Positions 24,594-30,111 of a stretch of DNA of 30,111 nt are shown piece after piece. Position numbers and translations under genes: made by a program. The stretch lies in the NCBI GenBank assembly GCA_964424935.1, contig CAYRLP010000001.1, positions 1 through 30,111 on the forward strand, read 5' to 3'. Source of the DNA: an uncultured Bacteroides sp. (GTDB taxonomy: Bacteria; Bacteroidota; Bacteroidia; Bacteroidales; GCA-2748055). The notes below the pieces were generated by a model. That model saw only the letters and a list, made by a program, of their open reading frames with translations, did no database searches and was not told where the DNA came from. Every line of letters starts with the position of its first letter. The first letter of the stretch is position 1.

Positions 24594-24636
24594 ATGCCTC
24601 TTCCCTCCATTTGAATTCTATTGGAAATACTTTCAT

Positions 24637-24644
24637 TATTTTTG
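24637..24644 (+). promoter_or_regulatory. -7 promoter box TATTTTTG upstream of rsgA
   Basis: Exact TAnnTTTG match, 7 nt before ATG 24652. Confidence 0.6.
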
Positions 24645-24651
24645 AAGGACC

Positions 24652-25584
24652 ATGATAAGGAGCCAGGGAACCGTTGTCAAGTCAACAGGTAGTCAGTATC
24701 TGGTCAGGATCGGTGATGAGAGAGTGATCCCCTGCAGCATCAGGGGCCGTTTCCGGATCAAGGGTATCCGTGCCACCAATCCTGTAGCCGTTGGCGACCA
24801 GGTTGAATTTGAATGGTTGAAGGATGGAACAGGAGGTATCATAATCTCCATCAGGGAGCGGTCCAATTATATCATCCGGAAAGCATCAAACCTTTCAAAG
24901 GAATACCAGTTGCTGGCTGCCAATGTGGATCTGGCCTGGCTGATGGTCAGCATGACCCTTCCAAGAACACTTACTCCTTTTATTGATCGTTTCCTGGTAT
25001 CGGCTGAAGCTTACCGGATTCCGGTGATCATTCTGTTTAACAAGCTGGATCTCTATGGAGAACCGGAAAGGACCGAAATGAATCAGCTCAGATCCGTATA
25101 TACGGATATAGGATACCGCTGCATGCAACTATCATTGCAAACCCGGGAGGGTATTGAAGAAGTTAAAGGGGAAATGAGTGGTAAGATAAATGTAATTGCG
25201 GGGAACTCGGGCGTTGGTAAATCAACCCTGATCCAGGTACTTGATCCCACCATCCGGCTGAAGATTGGAGATGTATCAGATGCTCACAAGACAGGGAAAC
25301 ACACCACCACCTATGCTGAAATGTTCGAGCTAAAGGGAAGCATCCGGATTATCGATACACCGGGAATCCGTGGATTTGGAACCATTGATATTGAACGCGA
25401 GGAGTTGTTTCATTTTTTCCCCGAGATATTCAGGGCCAGCAAAAAATGCAGGTATCACAACTGCCTTCATCTGCATGAGCCGGATTGCGGGGTGAAAGCG
25501 GAAGTGGAAACAGGAACCATCAGTGAATTCAGGTACGTGAACTACTTGATGATGATGGAAGAAGGGGCTGAAAGATACCGGTAG
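24652..25584 (+). CDS. rsgA: Ribosome small subunit-dependent GTPase A
   Basis: OB-fold N-terminus, circularly permuted GTPase (NKLD, GNSGVGKST, GKHTTT, DTPG) and Zn finger CRYHNCLHLHEPDC. Confidence 0.97.
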   Translation: MIRSQGTVVKSTGSQYLVRIGDERVIPCSIRGRFRIKGIRATNPVAVGDQVEFEWLKDGTGGIIISIRERSNYIIRKASNLSKEYQLLAANVDLAWLMVSMTLPRTLTPFIDRFLVSAEAYRIPVIILFNKLDLYGEPERTEMNQLRSVYTDIGYRCMQLSLQTREGIEEVKGEMSGKINVIAGNSGVGKSTLIQVLDPTIRLKIGDVSDAHKTGKHTTTYAEMFELKGSIRIIDTPGIRGFGTIDIEREELFHFFPEIFRASKKCRYHNCLHLHEPDCGVKAEVETGTISEFRYVNYLMMMEEGAERYR

Positions 25585-25673
25585 AGAGGCAAAGAGGATG
25601 TTGGTAACTCGCAATCCGTATATTTAACCAGATAGAAAATAGTTTATAAGTTTACAAGTTACAATCTAACCGG

Positions 25674-28538
25674 TTGATGATCAGAAGAAATGTCATAGCG
25701 GGAACAATACTACTTCTGGTTCTGGTGCTGAACGGATTAATCCTTCTTCGAGTGAGCCAACGCTATTCAGAATATCTGAATCAGACGCTCGTTTCCCAGT
25801 CGCAGCTCTGTGGCGAGCTTATAGAATCGACGCTCCTCCAGTTTTCCAGCGATATCAGTCGTGAACTGAGCATGTACAATACGGAGATCTTCGGCGATCC
25901 GGCCAAATTCCAGGAAGCCACGCGCAGCCTTCGCCTTTTCTACACCAAGTACCGGGATCTGATCAACAAGATATCGGTTTACGACAACCGTAGGAATTAT
26001 TATGCGCTGTATCTCAATGCGGATGACAGTTTTGGAAAGAAGGACGAATTTGTGGTTGACAGTTTTGAAACCCGCAGACAAAATCTGCTTACCCCGCTGG
26101 AGAAGGTGGAGCAGATCGGATCCGTGCTGGAGTGTCACTATCCCTATTTCGGACAGGATGTGGTTGCGGGAAATGTTGTGATTGAACTGGATCTGAAACG
26201 GTATGCGGAATCCATTTTCAGGCTATATCCCCAGGATTTGAATAACAGCTGGCAATGGGTACTGGACATGAATGGTCAGATCATCATTAATACCCTGGAG
26301 ACGGACTCGCTCCAGATAGAGAATCTTCAGGCCCTGACCGATAGTGTGAAGGCAGAGGCCAGCGGAATGATCACACATATGGTCACGCTGGCCGGGGGGA
26401 AACGGGAAAAGGTACATACTGCTTATTATCCACTGAGTATCTACGAGAGTAAGTTGGGGGTCATGTTTTCATCCGGGCGGGGATCTATTTACAGATACTA
26501 TATTTCCAACAATCTGGTGGTCAGCATCCTTACGCAGTTGCTGATTACCGCTCTGGTCGTATATCTCCTTATCATGCTGGCCAGGGATAAACGTGCGGAA
26601 AAAAAGCTGAAGCTGTCAGAGACGGTTTTGAGGCAGATGATCGAGCATTTTCCCATGGGAATCCTTGTTATTGATCAGAAAAACATTATAAAGAATATCA
26701 ACGGGGCTGCCCAGAGAATGTTGTTTCTGGGAAATGCATCCGATCTGGTTGGCAAGGACTTTTCAAAACAATTCCTGGTTTCAAACAAATACCTGCTGAG
26801 TGACAGTCCCAGTCCGTTTATGGATGACTCGCATTACCTCTACTATGAGAAGGATGGGATGGAAACGGTTATTTACCGATCCGAAAAGGCAGCGAACATA
26901 GGAGGAGAAGAGCTTAAGCTGATTGCGCTGATCGATGTATCACCGCTGGAAAGGTCCCGAAAGGGGGAAGTTGCTGCAAACAAGGCCAAATCAGATTTCC
27001 TGGCGGCTATGAGCCATGAGATACGCACACCGATGAACGGAATACTCGGGATGGTGAACAGTTTGCTTCAACAAAAAACCGATACGAATATCCAGGGTAA
27101 GATTGAAGTGATTAAAAGATCAGCCGAGTTGCTGATGACGACTATCAATGACATTCTTGATTTTTCGAAAATCGAGGCGGGCCGGATGATGCTGGAGGAA
27201 ATACCTTTTAACCTCTCCGAGGAGATGGGGCTGGTAGGTGAACTGTTTAAACCGCTGGCAAAGGAAAAAGGGATCAACATTCATATCGATATCCGTCACG
27301 ATGTTCCGAACAAATTGATCGGTGATCCATTCCGGTTGAGACAGGTAATCTCGAATCTGGTCAGCAATGCAGTCAAATTTACAGAGAAGGGAAAGATCGT
27401 TATTGGGGCAACCCTGATGGAGGCTTACAGAAATCAGGTCAATATACTGTTTACCGTAGAAGATACAGGTATCGGTATCCCGAGAGACCGGATCAAAGAG
27501 ATTTTTGGCAGCTATACCCAGGCCAGGGGATCTGTTCAGCGGAAGTTCGGAGGAACCGGTCTGGGCACCGCAATTGCAAAGCAACTGGTGGAACTCATGC
27601 ATGGGGAGATCTGGGTGGAAAGCCCCTCATCCATCACCGTGAATGAGGAGTTTCCGGGATCCAAGTTCTCTTTTACTATTGAAGCCTACTCTAACGAGCG
27701 GATACCCAAGAAATTTGATTTCAGCAGTATATCCAGGCTGAGTGAAATCAACGTGCTGATCCTCACAAAAGAATCTAATCCGGAGCAAAATTACATGGTT
27801 CGAATGCTACAAAAGTTCCGATTAAATGTGATCACCAAAATTTACCAGGATAGCACAGTGGACAGTGTGATCCATCATCTGCAGGTTAAGCTGAGAGATT
27901 ATCAGATGATTGTACTTATAGATAAAAACCAGCTGGATGGCTTTGCCCTGGCCCAGGGAATGAAAAAAAGCAACCTTATCGATCAATTCCCTGTGATCCT
28001 GGTAAGTTCTAACGATAAGACCGGGAATTATAAAACCTGCCGTAAACTAGGTATAGACTACTATCTGATAGAACCTTTTGAGACCAAGGAGGTAACCGAT
28101 ATACTGGATGAGATCTATCCCGGAATTGAGGACCGGCAGGTCCTGGAACCCATGATCAATGCCCTGCCACAGGAGCTATCCATTCTTCTGGCGGAAGACA
28201 ACCTGATCAACCAGAAAGTGGCACAATCCATTTTTAAAAACATCGGGTATGAGATTGAGATTGCCAAAAATGGAGCGGAAGCGGTTGAGCTGGTAGAGAA
28301 ACAGAAGTTTGATATCCTGTTTATGGATTTGCTTATGCCCGAAATGGATGGATATGAAGCAGCAGAAAAAATAAGGGCGGCCGGCCATAAACTGCCGATT
28401 GTTGCCCTGTCGGCAGATGAAAGCGAAGAGACCCGCAAAGCCGCTTTCGAAGCCGGCATGAATGATTATCTGATGAAGCCGACGCGGGTGGAAAGTATCA
28501 AGCATCTATTAATCAAATTATTTTCAAAAACCATTTAA
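25674..28538 (+). CDS. Hybrid sensor histidine kinase (2 TM, periplasmic sensor, PAS, HisKA, HATPase, pseudo-receiver, receiver)
   Basis: [27 protein letters not shown] and GGTGLG. Terminal receiver AEDN...[11 protein letters not shown]...LMKP. Confidence 0.93.
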   Translation: MMIRRNVIAGTILLLVLVLNGLILLRVSQRYSEYLNQTLVSQSQLCGELIESTLLQFSSDISRELSMYNTEIFGDPAKFQEATRSLRLFYTKYRDLINKISVYDNRRNYYALYLNADDSFGKKDEFVVDSFETRRQNLLTPLEKVEQIGSVLECHYPYFGQDVVAGNVVIELDLKRYAESIFRLYPQDLNNSWQWVLDMNGQIIINTLETDSLQIENLQALTDSVKAEASGMITHMVTLAGGKREKVHTAYYPLSIYESKLGVMFSSGRGSIYRYYISNNLVVSILTQLLITALVVYLLIMLARDKRAEKKLKLSETVLRQMIEHFPMGILVIDQKNIIKNINGAAQRMLFLGNASDLVGKDFSKQFLVSNKYLLSDSPSPFMDDSHYLYYEKDGMETVIYRSEKAANIGGEELKLIALIDVSPLERSRKGEVAANKAKSDFLAAMSHEIRTPMNGILGMVNSLLQQKTDTNIQGKIEVIKRSAELLMTTINDILDFSKIEAGRMMLEEIPFNLSEEMGLVGELFKPLAKEKGINIHIDIRHDVPNKLIGDPFRLRQVISNLVSNAVKFTEKGKIVIGATLMEAYRNQVNILFTVEDTGIGIPRDRIKEIFGSYTQARGSVQRKFGGTGLGTAIAKQLVELMHGEIWVESPSSITVNEEFPGSKFSFTIEAYSNERIPKKFDFSSISRLSEINVLILTKESNPEQNYMVRMLQKFRLNVITKIYQDSTVDSVIHHLQVKLRDYQMIVLIDKNQLDGFALAQGMKKSNLIDQFPVILVSSNDKTGNYKTCRKLGIDYYLIEPFETKEVTDILDEIYPGIEDRQVLEPMINALPQELSILLAEDNLINQKVAQSIFKNIGYEIEIAKNGAEAVELVEKQKFDILFMDLLMPEMDGYEAAEKIRAAGHKLPIVALSADESEETRKAAFEAGMNDYLMKPTRVESIKHLLIKLFSKTI

Positions 28539-28542
28539 GCAC

Positions 28543-29310
28543 ATGCAATCACATGATGTAGATTACAGGATTATTGGCGATGATATTCAGCTAGTCGAAA
28601 TTGAACTGGATCCCATGGAGACCGTTATTGCTGAGGCCGGTACAATGATGTATATGGACAATCAGATCCGGTTCGAAACAAAAATGGGGGACGGGTCCGA
28701 TCCGAATCAGAGCCTGATGGACAAACTTCTTTCTGCAGGCAGCCGGGTACTGACCGGTGAATCCCTGTTCGTAACCCATTTTACAAATTTCGGGGGAGGG
28801 AAGCAGCGGGTGGCCTTTGCGGCTCCTTATCCCGGTAAGATCGTACCTGTTCATCTGGGTGAACTGGGCGGGACGTTGATTGTTCAGAAGGATGCGTTCC
28901 TGTGTGCAGCCAAAGGGACAAGGATCTCCATTACCCTGAACCGGAGGATCGGAAGCGGTCTGGTCGGAGGCGAAGGATTTATCCTGCAGAAGCTGCAAGG
29001 GGATGGCAGGGTATTTATGCATGCCGGAGGCACAGTGATTGAACGGAAGCTGAATAACGAACGTCTCAGGATCGATACGGGATGTATTGTGGGTTATACG
29101 CCTTCCATTGACTTTAATATTGAAACTGCCGGGGGATTGCGTTCCATGATCTTTGGCGGTGAGGGAATCTTTCTGGCAACCCTCAGCGGCACAGGAACCG
29201 TCTGGCTGCAATCCATGCCCATCCGGAAGCTTATTCAGGCCATCTCACCCTACGGGAAGAACATACGGAAAGAGAGCAACTCCCTGCTGGATAACTTCCT
29301 GCAACGTTAA
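28543..29310 (+). CDS. AIM24 / TIGR00266-family protein
   Basis: [46 protein letters not shown] and WLQSMP. Confidence 0.88.
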   Translation: MQSHDVDYRIIGDDIQLVEIELDPMETVIAEAGTMMYMDNQIRFETKMGDGSDPNQSLMDKLLSAGSRVLTGESLFVTHFTNFGGGKQRVAFAAPYPGKIVPVHLGELGGTLIVQKDAFLCAAKGTRISITLNRRIGSGLVGGEGFILQKLQGDGRVFMHAGGTVIERKLNNERLRIDTGCIVGYTPSIDFNIETAGGLRSMIFGGEGIFLATLSGTGTVWLQSMPIRKLIQAISPYGKNIRKESNSLLDNFLQR

Positions 29311-29328
29311 GGTTCAAGCTGTGAAGAC

Positions 29329-30111
29329 ATGGCTGAGTTTTTAAAGATTGAAGACTTTATCTCCTATTCAGCCAGGATGCCCGTTGTGGATGTCCGTTCA
29401 CCTTCTGAATACCGGCAGGGGCATATCCCCGGTGCAGTGAATATCCCTCTTTTTGATGACAGGGAAAGAAAAATGGTTGGAACAACCTATAAGCAGGTGA
29501 ATAAGGAGGCAGCCATGTATGAAGGTCTAGAGTTTGCAGGGAGAAAGCTCGTTCCACTGGCCAGGGAAGGGGTGCGTATCGCAGGGAAAAACAGAAACCT
29601 GCTGGTTCATTGCTGGAGGGGAGGCATGCGCAGCAGAAGCATGGTGTGGTTGTTCGAGACCATGGGCATCACGTGCTACCTGCTGGAGGGGGGATATAAA
29701 TCATACAGGAACCATGTCAGGGAGGTGCTGGCTTATCCGTTAAACCTGCTGGTCATCGGCGGCCGCACAGGTAGCGGGAAAACCGCCATTTTGCATGAAC
29801 TGATAAAATCGGGACGGCAGGTCCTGGATCTGGAAGGACTTGCCCACCATAAAGGTTCCGCTTTCGGGGCCCTGGGAGAGCAGGAACAGCCATCCACCGA
29901 ACACTTTGAGAATGAACTGAGCCGTGAAATAAGGGGATTGGACCCTGAAAAGGTGACCTGGATCGAAGATGAAAGCAGGAATGTAGGCAGGTGTGTGCTT
30001 CCGGCTGAGCTTTATTCCAGGATGAAAGAAGCAGATATGGTATTCCTGGATATCGCAAGGGATCTGAGAGCAAAGCACCTGGTAGGGGATTACGCCCGCT
30101 ATAAGCAAGAG
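29329..30111 (+). CDS. mnmH: tRNA 2-selenouridine(34) synthase MnmH/SelU (3' truncated by window; absent from the ORF track)
   Basis: Manual translation: VDVRSPSEY..GHIPGAVNIPL, VGTTYKQ, HCWRGGMRS (rhodanese Cys), LEGGYKSYR, GGRTGSGKT (P-loop), DLEGLAHHKGSAFG and IEDES. Confidence 0.93.
   Translation, partial: MAEFLKIEDFISYSARMPVVDVRSPSEYRQGHIPGAVNIPLFDDRERKMVGTTYKQVNKEAAMYEGLEFAGRKLVPLAREGVRIAGKNRNLLVHCWRGGMRSRSMVWLFETMGITCYLLEGGYKSYRNHVREVLAYPLNLLVIGGRTGSGKTAILHELIKSGRQVLDLEGLAHHKGSAFGALGEQEQPSTEHFENELSREIRGLDPEKVTWIEDESRNVGRCVLPAELYSRMKEADMVFLDIARDLRAKHLVGDYARYKQE

Noticed and set aside
1-30111. Mobile elements, prophage, CRISPR, tRNA/rRNA or classical anti-phage operons
   Set aside because: No transposase, integrase or phage genes, repeat-spacer arrays or tRNA/rRNA signatures were seen by eye. 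The CPBP/Abi label alone is not evidence of phage defence.

Overview
A mid-GC chromosomal segment that looks like Bacteroidota (Bacteroidales-like), judged from TAnnTTTG promoter boxes and gene content. I found no mobile element, CRISPR array, tRNA or rRNA. It holds about 32 CDSs. Housekeeping and tRNA/ribosome genes: mtaB, dtd, MazG-like, deoC, rsgA and a partial mnmH. Exported hydrolases: sulfatase, phosphotriesterase-family and a partial GH99-like gene. Regulatory and envelope modules: a TetR-controlled six-gene Lol-like ABC/beta-barrel operon, an ECF sigma/anti-sigma cluster and a hybrid histidine kinase. The best candidate for an undescribed system is an LRR lipoprotein ending in a Cys-containing motif-TM-basic tail, coupled to a CPBP intramembrane protease. 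This resembles a dedicated C-terminal protein-sorting pair. Other notable signals: related helical inserts at different sites in both ABC permeases, four genes with a -7 box exactly 4 nt before ATG (apparently leaderless), two matching ECF-type promoters, and a structured sRNA candidate upstream of rsgA. All family calls come from motif recognition by eye; no database searches were run.
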